Source: Styela clava
Taxonomy: Eukaryota
Assembly: GCF_964204865.1 (NCBI RefSeq)
Contig: NC_135254.1
Location: forward strand, 12,958,001 to 13,022,000
Direction of reading: 5' to 3'
DNA: 64,000 bases
Part shown: positions 26,601-64,000 of the stretch, piece by piece
Position numbering within the stretch: the stretch's first letter is position 1
Layout of the letters: the number at the start of each line of letters is the position of its first letter
The notes under the pieces: generated by a model
What the model saw: only the letters and a program-made list of their open reading frames with translations
Told to the model about the DNA's origin: nothing
The model's database searches: none
Program-made: the position numbers and the translations under genes

Positions 26601-27602
26601 TTGAGGGATCCGTGAGAGTATTCAAAAGAGATTTAACGCCTCTGGCTTTGAAATAAACAGTGCCTCTCTAACAATTACCGGTACCATAATAATAAAACTA
26701 ATAAAATCCTTAATAAGCGATGAGAGTATTAGATGACATAAGAAACAATAAAAACACTAGATTGAAGAAACTTGATATCACCTCCTCCTTGCATCATTTT
26801 ATAAAACTTGCTTTCTATGTGAAGTTGTGGATGTTTGGTCTTCACACATTCTAATTTGATGGCTACTTCCTCTCCAGTGGAAATATTCGTACCTGATAAA
26901 GTATGGATATATTATAAAGTCACACAATCACAGAAAGCAAGCAAGATTTAAGTTCACCTCACAAGTGTCTACAGAAGGAAAGACAAATAGTGACATTTTT
27001 CTAATCACGGTTTAGTAAATTATAATAGAATTTGCATATTTCCAGTTATATTTGGCTCTCTAACTTTCCTCAAGTACAACTCAAACATAAGGCGGGATCG
27101 AATCAAGATAACATGACAGACAAACAAAACCATTTTTAGATATTGGTGTCCAATACTTTATTGCCCCGTCTAGTCAATTTGTATTATTTATGCCAAACTT
27201 CAACAATAAAATTTCCTTTCACAACATTTTTCTATTGTACTTTTAGATGATCTATCTAGTATCCGAACTAGCTATATCTGTCTCAGTGATGGAAAGGATC
27301 TGGTAGCAGCATAAAAAACATTAAAAAAAATGGTGTTTTAATTTTGTCCAAAAAAAGTTTATCGAAACAGGAATGTTCCATGCAAATGGATTGCGAAATT
27401 ATGGAAAATACTCAGGTCTATCATTTCCATTAATCTCCATAATATTCTAAAGGACTATGAAAATCGCTCAATTGAAATATACTGATAGTAAATAGGTTCA
27501 ACATAATCATAACAATAGTATCATACCGAGGTAGATGTCGCCGAAAGATCCACTCCCAATCTTCCGTCCCAGTCTGTATTTATTTCCCACTCTTAGTTCC
27601 AT
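5513..27602 (-). CDS. CSNK1D/E: Casein kinase I delta/epsilon, canonical isoform, ~414 aa, 9 coding exons
   Basis: Exons 27602-27527, 26892-26782, 23966-23818, 21409-21181, 14931-14761, 14013-13865, 11024-10871, 6214-6102, 5605-5513. All are GT-AG and phase-compatible (1245 nt). Kinase motifs [30 protein letters not shown] and EQSRRDDLE present. Confidence 0.95.
6102..6214 (-). CDS. CSNK1D/E: CK1 delta/epsilon coding exon 8
   Basis: [28 protein letters not shown] resembles the vertebrate tail [25 protein letters not shown]; tttcag acceptor, phase 1. Confidence 0.85.
6605..8034 (-). CDS. Alternative terminal exon of CK1 (or nested gene), basic Lys/Ser/Arg-rich low-complexity polypeptide
   Basis: Contains the 453-aa ORF 7966-6605. 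Acceptor ctttattttcag at 8035-8036 opens the same frame in phase 1. AATAAA on minus at about 6498-6508. Confidence 0.75.
8103..8187 (-). CDS. Middle exon of the alternative CK1 tail cassette
   Basis: ttccatgtttag|ATA...AAAG|gttaga; 85 nt open ([28 protein letters not shown]); links phase 0 to phase 1. Confidence 0.65.
8531..8970 (-). CDS. First exon of the alternative CK1 tail cassette
   Basis: tttttcttcag acceptor in phase 1 (matches exon 7 end), in frame with ORF 8950-8435; donor AAA|gttagt. Confidence 0.65.
10871..11024 (-). CDS. CSNK1D/E: CK1 delta/epsilon coding exon 7
   Basis: [31 protein letters not shown] resembles vertebrate [28 protein letters not shown]/GT bounded. Confidence 0.85.
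11381..12190. mobile_element. hAT Charlie-like non-autonomous element
   Basis: TIRs CAGTGGTTCCCAAAC / GTTTGGGAACCGCTG; exact 8-bp TSD GGTTAGAG. Confidence 0.9.
11520..11913. mobile_element. Tc1/mariner (Tc2/pogo-like) MITE nested in the hAT element
   Basis: TIRs CCGTGTTTCCTCGAAA / TTTCGGGGAAACGCGG flanked by TA on both sides. Confidence 0.8.
13554..13731. mobile_element. MITE with GGT(A/G)CTCC termini, subfamily A
   Basis: Reverse-complement homolog of 40842-41031; short TIRs; no clear TSD. Confidence 0.75.
13865..14013 (-). CDS. CSNK1D/E: CK1 delta/epsilon coding exon 6
   Basis: [49 protein letters not shown]; 149 nt. Confidence 0.96.
14279..14388. mobile_element. Short hAT Charlie-like MITE
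   Basis: CAGGGG...CCCCTG termini; TSD ATCTAAAT / GTCTAAAT (7/8). Confidence 0.65.
14761..14931 (-). CDS. CSNK1D/E: CK1 delta/epsilon coding exon 5
   Basis: [57 protein letters not shown]; 171 nt. Confidence 0.96.
18797..19423. repeat. Tandem array, 4 copies of a ~155-bp unit
   Basis: Units start near 18797, 18952, 19107 and 19262; the middle copies are near-identical; ORF track repeats with a 155-nt offset. Confidence 0.95.
21181..21409 (-). CDS. CSNK1D/E: CK1 delta/epsilon coding exon 4
   Basis: [76 protein letters not shown]; 229 nt. Confidence 0.97.
23818..23966 (-). CDS. CSNK1D/E: CK1 delta/epsilon coding exon 3
   Basis: [50 protein letters not shown]; 149 nt. Confidence 0.97.
24127..24365. 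mobile_element. MITE with long TIRs and 8-bp TSD, subfamily B (Merlin-like)
   Basis: ~40-bp TIR GCTCCCGAAGTATGCGAACCAAGATGGCGGACATCGGAA; exact TSD CAGTCGCC (24119-24126, 24366-24373); homolog at 34630-34865. Confidence 0.88.
26782..26892 (-). CDS. CSNK1D/E: CK1 delta/epsilon coding exon 2
   Basis: [36 protein letters not shown]; 111 nt. Confidence 0.97.
27527..27602 (-). CDS. CSNK1D/E: CK1 delta/epsilon coding exon 1
   Basis: ATG at 27602; [25 protein letters not shown]; G|gtatga donor; upstream acceptor tttcaatttcag at 27739-27740. Confidence 0.97.
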
Positions 27603-28018
27603 CTTATATTCTGGGAGTATTGAATTACTTGTAATACTTTATTTCACTCCATGTATTAACAATTTCTACTTTTATTATACAAAACTGGAATAGTGATCAG
27701 AAAAATTTCATTGTTAGAGTGATATAGAAATTATGAAGCTGAAATTGAAAACAGAAATTGGGTTAAATATATCTATATAGGCATGAATAGCCTACCAAAT
27801 TATGTTGGAATTACATATCTCGGACTCTAGCTTACCACAGTGTGCCAAAGTATGTAGGTTACGGTATGTCTTTCAAGCCTTTCATTGTGAATTTAAATAG
27901 GCACAATATTTTTTTCATTATGTAATCAGTAAAACTTAACTGAAGTTATTATTTCTATCGAATTCCATAGAGTATATTTTTGGGTTTAATATGATTTTAA
28001 TAAGGAATAACAAAATAG

Positions 28019-28351
28019 CAGGGCTGTGGAATTTTTTAATAGACTCTATATTGAGAAAAATTTTGACTTATTCTTGATGGAAATTTTGATTCCAACTCCA
28101 GCTCTAAATTTCCGAGGAAATCAAATTTCATCAATAAAACTTTGTGGCATATTCATAAACTGTTAGAAACGCCTTTTTTTAGTTTTTGTAGAAAAAATTG
28201 GCTTCGGCTGTCACCCTTAAAGTCTGAAATTCTGACTCAAACGAATTCAAAATTTTGACTCTGACACCCAACTCCCACAGAGTGTTTTAAAATGTAGCTC
28301 CGACTCAATACCGACAATGAAAACACGCCAAACTCAGACTCCATAGTCCTG
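28019..28351. mobile_element. Degenerate hAT-like MITE with GACTCC subterminal repeats
   Basis: CAGGGCTGTGGA...TCCATAGTCCTG termini; repeated (C/G)ACTC motifs; TSD not conserved. Confidence 0.45.
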
Positions 28352-28958
28352 CTCTATATCAAAAAAAAATTTGATTGTAAATTTTGGATCATCATCCTTT
28401 TTTCAACCCAAGCTATAGAAACATATATTAAGGTATCAAAATGACTTTTTATTGAGATAATCGATCACAGGCATGATTAATTAAATTATATCATCATCAT
28501 GGAGTTGCCTAAAAAATAATATCTAACGAAAGGGCGCTATTTATGCCATCTTTTCTTATTATATAAATCAATTAAATTAATAATCACCATCCATCTGTCA
28601 TAATTTACATATACAAATTATTATTCTTTCTCTAATGAAGTAATACAACAACACCACTACAAGGAATAATTTCTGAGCTTTTATTATTTTGACTTGATAT
28701 GAACTTGTTGAAGTTTACTAGTTCTGATCCCTATATAGAAAGCAATTAAACCAAAGGCATAATGGATTGACACTTCATCAATGACATCAAGAAAATTACA
28801 TTGAATCAAGTTTTAACATACAGGTATGAGTTTTAATGAATGAAAAAAAAGATCCAAGAGACATAAGATCCAGACATTCAGACATTACCGTACTATGCAA
28901 AAAATGATTTGGCTAGGAAAATAGGACAAGGAGAATATGCAGATACGGTACCGGTATT

Positions 28959-29262
28959 TAGGATTTACATATTTATCCCGGGGGAGAGGAAAGCCGATAA
29001 GACGGCTTATCCATATGCCGAACCACGGCCTCTCGTCCGGTTACCATTCCAAGTCGGGTATGGGATTAGTTATATTGTTTGTTTTCGGAGGCATGGACTT
29101 GGTGGTGGAGGAAGCCGTAACCGACCAGCGATTACGTGAACCACCCAACGACGGCGAGGAGTCCAGCAATCCTCTCGCACATAACCATCCCTGCATGGGT
29201 TCGAACCTGCGAACCCACGCAGAGTAATTAGAGGTGCGGTGGCGGTGGTATTCAATACACTG
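28959..29262 (-). mobile_element. tRNA-derived SINE copy (5' end damaged)
   Basis: Reverse-complement homolog of 39326-39653; B box GGTTCGAACCC on minus. Confidence 0.8.
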
Positions 29263-29312
29263 ATACCTGGATACAGTACGGCAATACCCAAACCTTTCAA
29301 TTAATACTGTAA

Positions 29313-29376
29313 TAATGCTGTAATGCATGTAATGCTGTAATGCATGTAATGCTGTAATGCATGTAATGCTGTAATG
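29313..29376. repeat. Minisatellite (TAATGCTGTAATGCATG) x ~3.7
   Basis: Directly visible 17-bp period. Confidence 0.9.
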
Positions 29377-29639
29377 ATAGATCAAAAAATTAAATTTCTA
29401 TTTGAGATTTCGGGACCTTTTCGTTTAGGCCCATTGCTATATGCAGGCACCGGTATATCTGTAAAACGGTAATTAAAACTCAGAAACCGTAAAACTCATT
29501 TACAAAGATCAGAAAATTGAAAACCAGCTGTTCGTCTCCACTGACATACAGACATTATAAGTACGGTACCTGTACCGTCACCATATTTCTCGTTACGCTA
29601 AGCACATCTAATAGTATCGTAACTTATAATGTTATACTT

Positions 29640-29950
29640 TACCGTAGCAAAGCCAGCAATAAACGATTGAACCATTTTAAAGACACTACATAGTACAGAC
29701 AGCACTGCCAGACTGTAGGAAGCTTTAGCATTGCGAATAAATCGCACAAAGACCATTCGACCACCCGGCTCTCGTTAGGGTGGGTTGCTAGACAAAACGA
29801 GAATTTTCGCAGGATGGCGCTGCATGTATGAACGACACGGATCTACCGGCAGTCGATCGACTGCCCAGTGCCCACGTACAATCCTTTAAGTTGTATCTAT
29901 TTTAGTGATACCTGGCCTTATGCCGGTGTATGGTGGCGAAGATATACATG
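29640..29950 (-). promoter_or_regulatory. Candidate CK1 promoter / non-coding first exon
   Basis: Local GC/CpG rise, YY1-like GATGGCG at ~29813, minus-strand donor ACG|gtaaag at ~29642. Inference only. Confidence 0.35.
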
Positions 29951-30149
29951 GATTCTTTCATCTAACAATTATACAAAGGTTCGCTAAGGAATATTCCTAT
30001 CAGCTATGAAATTATCCGCGATTCAAGATTACATAAAATAAGGTTTCAATCATCAATGAACAAAATTCCAGTGACCAGGTACCGGTATGTGATTTTAGAA
30101 ATTATTATGGAAGAGCGAATCTGATGGAAATACGGAGCACCACAACCAC

Positions 30150-30300
30150 TTTATTCATAGACACTTGAGGGCGGAGGAAGTGGTAACCAATTATGCGAAC
30201 CACCCGTGAAAAAGGTCCCGCAAACTTCTAGCTCATAATTATTCCTCGGCTATTTCGAACAGATGAATCCACGCAGATAGGAAAGAGATTGTTCGTGATG
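30150..30300 (-). mobile_element. Degraded SINE fragment
   Basis: GGAGGAAGTGGTAACC...GAACCACCC...TCGAAC resembles 29105-29220. Confidence 0.5.
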
Positions 30301-31281
30301 TTTAGCAGGTTTTCAATAAACTTACTCCTAACCACCTGTTCATATCAATGGTATACTTAACTTCCCAAAGGTGAAATGAAATTTTGATATTTTTCTCATG
30401 GACTGTTATTTTTCCAACCAAAGCAGCTCAAACATAATATGGTAAACGCCCTTCATTCGGCGAATAAGACCAGGATTGTGAAATACATGAAAGACTTATG
30501 TGAACCACCTTGCAATAGCGAACCACAGTAATGTCCCAGCCTTCTCTTCCATCCACACACATCACAATTTCAATAAACATTCAACTACCCTCATTGATCC
30601 TTGCCATTAAAACAATAAACAGCAAGTTATGTAATAGCATTTTATACAATTGAATGGCATAAAAGAATTGCAACAGCATAAGAAAAATTCAAAATTTCAT
30701 TAATGTGGAACTTTTCATGATAATAAAAATTCAATAAAAGCTTCGAAAATATACGATACATGAAAAATGGGTGAGTGCTGGTGAATATACAAATAAGCAA
30801 AGTGACAAAAATACAATGAATGCGTGTTAGTACTAGATTAAGTAATCAATAAAGAAGCATAGATAAAACTGTCAGTAAGTAATATACAGTAAAAGCAAAT
30901 ATTTATACTTTAGTACGACAGTACATGATAAAACTATTCACAAAATGTGCGGTATACGTGAGTAGTGCAACTAGAAAAGGAGTTCAAACACAAAAACGAA
31001 TAGCAACAATAACGCCTTATGAAAGTGAGATCGAAATACATAAAAACAATACCCTATTATTAATCACAACTTTGTGGGTGACAAGTGATAACCATTCTTC
31101 TCAAAAGAGATATGCAAAAAAATTTCATAGCAACATTATCAACAGTACAAATTTGATATTCCAAAACTCGAAAACCTGTTGTATCCATCCCAGATAAGGC
31201 TAAACAGAACAAAAATTAGCACAGTTCAAGCACATGAACTGTACAGAATAAAGTCATAATCATAAAATCTACAGAAATGTT

Positions 31282-57069
<25,788 letters not shown>

Positions 57070-58587
57070 ACAGGATTAGTTTACAGTTTAGGTCGCCAAT
57101 ACGTCAAGCCTACTTAATAAAACAGCATCCATTTTCATTGAGGTCTATTTACACAAAAACATTCATCTGATGTGAAAATAGATTTTATTATTGGTTATTT
57201 AATGTTCTGTAAGTCTGTAAGCAAACACAAAATGGAGGACAGAAAATCTGGTGTCCCACTGATTTTATGTTTATAAATAGTTTACTACACATCAAATTCT
57301 ATAGAAATTATTGCCTAAATTGAAATGTTTTGAAAGTGTTTACATGACTATAATGTACAAACTACAGACATATTAAAATTTAGGATATGAATTCTCAAAA
57401 TAGTATATTACGCATTTGCCCGGTAATGAGTCATGTGACAATTACAATGTTTCATTCATTTCCATACATAATAAAAGAGTGACAAAAAGTTTCTGAAATC
57501 AATGGCCAATTATGTATCAGTTTTTGAATTTCTATAAGTTAGCTATAACGCCATTATATATAATATACAGATATATATAAAGTTATAAATTGCATTTAAT
57601 GACATTTAATAATATTCTCTATTATCAATGATAAAAAAGTGTAAATTGAGGCATCAAATTTAAAATTAATTTCAAAATCAAAGCTATTACTAACTCCAAG
57701 CAAAATCACTATTATGAATATATTTGTAATGTGTTACTAACAAACGCTGTTTCCATCCGCCTTTGAATAACAATCCACCATTTTGGTAATGTTACATTTA
57801 TATATTTGAACATTGAAATATCTCTTATTCTGCAAATTTTACCTACATGTTCAAAACTAAGCAATAAAACTCTTCTAACTTACAAGTATACAATACAACA
57901 AACTTTTAAACCATTAGGCTCGCAAGTAACAATCGTTATTTAATTTCACAATGAATGTATCATTTTACTTTATAGGTAAAAAATAATTTTTGTCTTTTAA
58001 ATTCAGACTTCAGCCCAATATTTATTAGGATATATAAATATTTCGAGAAAGTTATGGCAAAATTGGACTAAAAACTCATGAAATGGTCATTTCAAATGGC
58101 ACTTGGATTCTGAGAAATACGAACTTGCATTGATATATGCCATAAAATGAAGACATTCACAGTGCAGTCCTTATCCCAATATTGCCCCTTTTTGCTGTCG
58201 GCCATTTTGTTTTTTTAGCAAAATCATTTAGTGTGTAATTTTTAGGCTGTTGTGTATAATAACAAAAATAAAAACAAAAATATTCTAAAACTTCAGATGA
58301 ATTTAAACCATCAAATCAATTTTCATAAACAACATTATTTTTCACTTTTAGAGTCAAGTACTATGATTTTTTCGGCATTGTTTTGAGTAGCAAGTCAACT
58401 CTCTGAAATATTTTCACAATTCAAATTTTGAGTGCAAAAATTTTGAACGGGGCATTTTTGTTTGAAACAAATACAATATTTTTTAATATCTAAAATATGA
58501 TACCTATTTAAAATAAGAAATCAAAACAAAATGGCTGATCATATTGTAGATTTCATCCAAGATATTCAAGAAAACAAGTTTCTAGAG

Positions 58588-58840
58588 CCACAACCCACAA
58601 GGAAAGGGGGGTGCGAAGTTTATTAACAATAAAAACATGTATTAGATTTGATCTTGCATGACTTATTTTGGATATTTAGTATCATCCACATATTTTCAAT
58701 GTGTTTTTTGAATGAATCATACTTTCGCCATGATATCTGTTATTTGTAGCTTATTGATAGCTAGTTATTTTTGAGGTAGGGAGACGAGACTCGTCAAATT
58801 CTAAAAAGGGGGTACAGCTTGAAAAGTTTGAGAACCACTG
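58588..58840. mobile_element. hAT Charlie-like MITE, left TIR partly deleted
   Basis: Right TIR GTTTGAGAACCACTG; exact TSD TTCTAGAG at 58580-58587 and 58841-58848. Confidence 0.7.
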
Positions 58841-59003
58841 TTCTAGAGGGTGAGTAGGAATGTCCGGCACATTTTGGAAAGCAGACCTCCCCAAATGTAT
58901 AAAGTTTATAAATAATAAGGAAAAGGGCATAATAATATGATCAGATAATTTTCAAATTTTCATAGTTCAGTAGTTGGACACTGATATGATCCTAATACAG
59001 TAA

Positions 59004-62000
59004 GGGTGGAGATCAAAAACCTCACTTAACTTAAACTTGGATTAAAACTAATCTCGGGTTAGTTAAACTCGGTTCAACTTCGATAGTTAACCGGAGATCA
59101 AAAACCTAGTTTAGCGGTTACTTAACTAATCCTGGTTTAAGTCCGACGCCACGAGGCATTTCTTTAAAACGTCGTGGCATGTTGCTCTTTGGCCCCGTAT
59201 TCCCATGGCGATGACAACGCGAACCCAATTTTGTTGTAATTTGCTGTCCTTGCAAAGTCGGTTTTTGATGTATTTCGTTGATTTTGCCGAAGCAAAACAA
59301 GCTGGGCGGTAGAACTACGAAGAGCTGACGCGCATTACACGAAATATCGAAATAATAACACTTTATCATAAATAGAATTCTTCCCACTACTGGTACAGTC
59401 TACAACTACAACAGGGTCGGCTAACCTTTTTGGTCTAAGGGCCACATGTAATTCATTAATAATTGCGCGGGTCAATTGACATGGTAGTTATGATCTAGTT
59501 TTGCTACACTACCACAGGTTAATAATAAAAAAATACCCTCACATCAATTTTTCACAATTATTAGAACAATAAAACTGTTGTTTTCCAACCATTGAGGGGT
59601 CGCCATCAGTGGTTATTCCCGAAAGTTTAGCCAAAGACAAGATCACAGCTGTCGAAAAATCAATGCCTCTAGTCAAACCCTTAACAGGGGCAATGGCTGC
59701 GGTCTCCGCGGTAATTTTATATCATCATTAACTACCCGCAAAAAGATAGCAAGTCACCAACTGAGCAGTAAACTTAATGTCAGCGCTTCCTCAAGCGCCA
59801 AGGAATACAATAAAAAATATCCCGCTTTTGCGATTAAAATTCTCGCAACAGAATTCCCAAGCTCTTCAACAAGACGAGTTATGGTCTGTCTTGACAGGCT
59901 ATTTTTGCAAACACCTAGAAATGCTTCTACATATGGCCTGAGGGCCACGAGTTGGACGACCCTGGTCTACAACACCAATTGAATCTAATATTTTCTCCCT
60001 AAACCTCAGCGTAACAACAAACAGACTTCAATTATAGAACCCACATCCTACTTAGAGTGAAAACAGACGAAATGAACACACTTCAGCTGAAAACCTATCC
60101 TTGGCAAGTTCTGGGCCATAGGCTTCTACATATTTAACATTATATTATTTTGAAAATTTGTATTGCAAAAATAACTAATATTCATTTGTTCAAATGACTG
60201 CTAAAATGTACTGACATTCAAGAAATGGAAAAAGTATGGCATCAATTCGGAAGAGGTGCTAAATTTTATCCTGGCTCTACAGCTTTGAGACAGATGCACA
60301 CAGACACAGGTGCAATCATAGTTGTTGCTTTCGTTGCTATTTGAAAGTTTTATTTATTTCTTCTGCGAAAGACTCGCCAAGTGACGAAAAATCGACATAA
60401 CTACGTTTGCTTCAAATGTTTTAGCATGCAAGAATTATTTGTTTGTTAAGCTTAAGTTAACCGGGTTCCACATATTTGTTGGACACAAAGGCGGGTGTTC
60501 CACATATTTGTTGGACACGAAGTCGTAAAATAAAGCACTGCTGCAACCTTGACTTGACAACACTTTAACTATAATCCTATCCATAACAGTTGTTTGTCTT
60601 CATGACCTGAACAGTATAAATGAAAATACAGGGTTAAAGATAGTATATTGATGAAGTGCGCTAGATATTGAAGAAGCAAATTCGACCTAGGCAATGACTA
60701 AAACCGAATAATTTGTATTCGAATTTGTACAGATTTTTTTGTATTCTGAAATGATATTTTTGAATTATATAAAATCCAATGTATATTTAATTATATGAAT
60801 TTGGAGAAGTAAAACAGTAGAGTATTTTTAGTTTTCAGATATTAAATGAAGGCTCTTTTGTCTTCGATTGTGAATGCATGTCGAACAACTTTGCTCTACT
60901 CTAAAATCATGTGACACTAGTTTTGCCTGCATGTAACAAGAAATGACTAATGGGAATGATTTTGAAAAGTTTGTCACATCTCGGTTACTTGAACATATCT
61001 GGGACAATACCAATAAGAAATTTACCTTGATAAAAGTATCCTCACATTATACGAATAATACAGATTATACACACAAACTAAAAATAATTTTCATTTAACA
61101 GCTGATACTAAAGAGGCTGATTCTCCTATTTTTACTGAAAATTGCGAACATGAATTTAGGACAGTTTACATACAAATAATATGACATTTAAATAGTGACA
61201 AACTCACAAATTTGCTTTTCAATAGAGCTGATGAAATTGATCATCATCATGGCACTCAGACAGTTTACTTGATTTGAAACAGCTGTAGAAATGAAAAATC
61301 AGAAAACAATGTTACATTAAAGAAATGTTATGATAGCATGAACCATTGCATTCATGATAAGTTATTGGCAATATATAGTTATCAATATACTCATTCCTGC
61401 AATCTAGCATTTGGTGAAATTCATGGTCACGGTACTACAATATTCTAGTTTCATTTTATATAGCAAGAGTCAGAATCATTAATACCATAAATATCGTACA
61501 TCTGTGCAAACAGCATACCAATAACATGCAATATGATTTTACATTGGTGTACATCAAAATATCCAGTCAACCTTCTGCTATCTACTCCAAGAACTTGCAG
61601 ACTTGTGAATTAGCCGATGACAGGATACATACACCGGGGCACAGTGCAGTAGTGATACATGGATATCGTAGGTAAATCTCAGTTCTGCTCATACACAACA
61701 TATAAATAAAAGGAATCTTTTGGGCACTGGTAGATCTAAATATCTGAAAATATATCATTTTTGTTAAAACATTTTGAAGTTCATATTACTGTATTAGGAC
61801 TGTTCGACGGTACCACTGCGCAACTGCTTATCAACGAAACTATACTAAAATACTGGGCCCTATGTCTGTTTATGACAAGAACCCATATAGCAATAGGCTA
61901 CTGGTATAACTGTAGTCTACAATCTAAGCTAAAATAAATCTTCACAAAAACTGCTAAGAAAATTAAAAAACGCAAATACAGAAATGTATCAATACGCTGG

Positions 62001-62444
62001 GTACGGTATGTATTTACCCTACTGGATTTATTATAGTATAGCCCAATTCCACGTTGTAAATAATTTTGTTCGGGCGTAGTACGGTAGGTACTAGGTACAG
62101 CACAGGTACCACCGCAAATGCTACATATCGCAGCCTCGTGGTACAGGTATACAATTATTCATTCGTCGTGACGCTTGTACAGAGCTCCCTGCTACTCCTT
62201 TTGTCGCCCCAGAATACAATATAGATTGTACGGTAAGCGATAACATCCAACACGACAAGCGCCGCAATCCAAATGCACTCGACAAACCGAGTTAAACCAC
62301 CTCCAGACCAGGTTTAAAAAATCGCCGATTTTAAGTCGAGATTTACGTCACAGAAAGTTAAACCACCTTTTTGATCCGGACTTAAACCGCCGATCCAAAG
62401 TTAAACTCCGATTCGAGGTTAAACTACATTTTTGATCTCCACCC
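59004..62444. mobile_element. PIF/Harbinger-like non-autonomous transposon, 3.4 kb
   Basis: Perfect 16-bp TIR GGGTGGAGATCAAAAA / TTTTTGATCTCCACCC; TAA TSD on both sides; repeated GTTAAAC and GATCAAAAA subterminal motifs. Confidence 0.85.
59412..59964. mobile_element. hAT Charlie-like element nested in the Harbinger-like element
   Basis: TIRs CAGGGTCGGCTAAC / GTTGGACGACCCTG; flanks gtctacaactacaa / gtctacaa. Confidence 0.78.
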
Positions 62445-63479
62445 TAAATATGTAATGTATAACAAAAATACATTGTTTAGAATTGACTGATATTATTTCA
62501 GTTTGACTTTGAATGCCACAATGGGTTTCAAAAACAGAGATAGTCAAATCCTGTTCGCGTGAAATTTCATTTTATTCAATCCAAGTACAGAGGTATCATA
62601 TTGAACTTTTCATAACAAAATTCTGAATTCTGAATATAAATTAAAATTGACTTCTTATTTTGTGAATATTTTATTTTCCAAGCAAACACAAAGTAAACTC
62701 ACATCTGCCATGTGTTGCCTGATAGCTGTTATATATATGCTATTACTGTATTATCAGCAATCACTACATATTTCCAAAACATTCCCCAAATATTCATATT
62801 ATATCCAATAAGTGCTGATTCATTTCCAGATTTTTTCCACTACACACAGACGACAGCAAAAATTTGATATTATATAATTTCAGTATTTATGATATACTTC
62901 CCAGTATGTCACACTCATGTGAATGAAGTATCCAGTTTGTTTGGTATTGGAAACCACCAACATGAACAAAAATTCTGAAATTTGACTATTTTAATTTTCA
63001 GTTTGTCAGTTATAATTTTTCCAACAGTCATATAAAGTTAATTCTGTGATTCTAACAATCAGATTGCTTTCCATACAGCCATATGCCATAAGCAGACAAA
63101 CTCATACCGATTGTAAATAGCTTAATCAATACAGTAATAATATTAATATAGATTAATATATGGACAGTTTTACAGTAATAATCTTACAACCCAGCAATAT
63201 TCTTTCGAGACTCAACTTACAGTCATGTCTTTCAAGTTTCAACTTATATAGTCTAGCAGTATTGGGCTATTCAACTAAGGCCTTCAACTAACAACTTTTA
63301 CCCATGATTTGTAGGAAACGATTGTTTTAGTACAGTATTCTAGTATTCCAGTATTCTGAAAGATATTTTCAATTCACTGTATCATACAACCAGTACAACT
63401 GTGACTGTGTAAACTTTGCTACACATGGGCTGTTAAACGAATATTTTTCGACTGTTTTGTTGGCGGAAATCTGAAATGA

Positions 63480-63960
63480 TATGAGTCGACTGTACGTCTG
63501 TAGTACAGTACTGTAGTATCAGTGTTTTGAGGGCGATCGGGTACTGCAGACTAGCATCGCCATTTTGTTCACTTATCGCCCCAGTAAACGTGTAATTCGC
63601 TCAAACCAAAAATAAAGAATATACTAAATAAATTAGGCTATTCTCTATTTTTCCTTTCCAAATAAATGTCAAGGCGACCAGATAAATACATCGTGCGTAA
63701 CAGATACATCATTTGCCCGCATTTACGCTGAAACATCTACTCGCCGAGGGGTAGGAGGAAGTTGAGTCGGCCAATTTGCAATATGAACCTCGGCCTTTTA
63801 TGCGGAGTATATTTTATTTCTCGCCCAAAGATTATATTCATACGCAAAGGGTATGTAATTATTTAAAAATATTCGATTTCGCATTGGTGAAAACAACTAA
63901 ATTGCCCGAAAAGCGCCCGGCCAACGCACTCAACAACTGTACACTGCACGAGCGTCACAT
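63480..63960 (-). promoter_or_regulatory. Candidate promoter region for the BAHCC1/TNRC18 gene
   Basis: Local CpG enrichment; YY1-like CAAAATGGCG on minus at 63558-63567. Inference. Confidence 0.35.
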
Positions 63961-64000
63961 TATCAAGACACTACACGAAATATGCCATGAATATCTGTAG

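Noticed and set aside
28909-29385. Four overlapping ORFs
   Set aside because: They fall in a GC-richer SINE copy and the adjacent minisatellite.
59004-62444. Autonomous Harbinger transposase gene
   Set aside because: No long ORF or recognisable DDE motifs in the segments I translated.

Overview
AT-rich, intron-rich animal DNA, most likely an invertebrate chordate such as an ascidian (inferred from gene content, intron positions and repeat style; not provable here). Three conserved genes are present. (1) The 3' end of tubulin-folding cofactor D (TBCD, +, uninterrupted to the stop at 988). (2) A casein kinase I delta/epsilon gene (-, 9 coding exons, 27602 to 5513, about 414 aa). (3) A BAHCC1/TNRC18-type chromatin reader (-, 27 phase-compatible coding exons traced, 57069 to 31282, about 1742 aa, with a coiled coil, tandem Tudor-like region and C-terminal BAH domain). 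The most striking observation is a three-exon cassette in CK1 intron 7 (8970-8531, 8187-8103, 8034-6605). It splices in frame onto CK1 exon 7 and would replace the last 68 aa with a ~650-aa Lys/Arg/Ser-Pro-rich tail, giving a ~997-aa kinase; alternatively it is a nested kinase-less gene. The order BAHCC1-CSNK1D/E-TBCD matches, from memory, human 17q25.3. Non-coding DNA holds many non-autonomous transposons, several nested: hAT Blackjack- and Charlie-like, Ginger-like, Tc2-like, Merlin-like, Harbinger-like, Helentron/DINE-like and a tRNA-derived SINE. It also holds three tandem arrays. All exon coordinates were derived by hand from GT/AG sites, frame and recalled homology.
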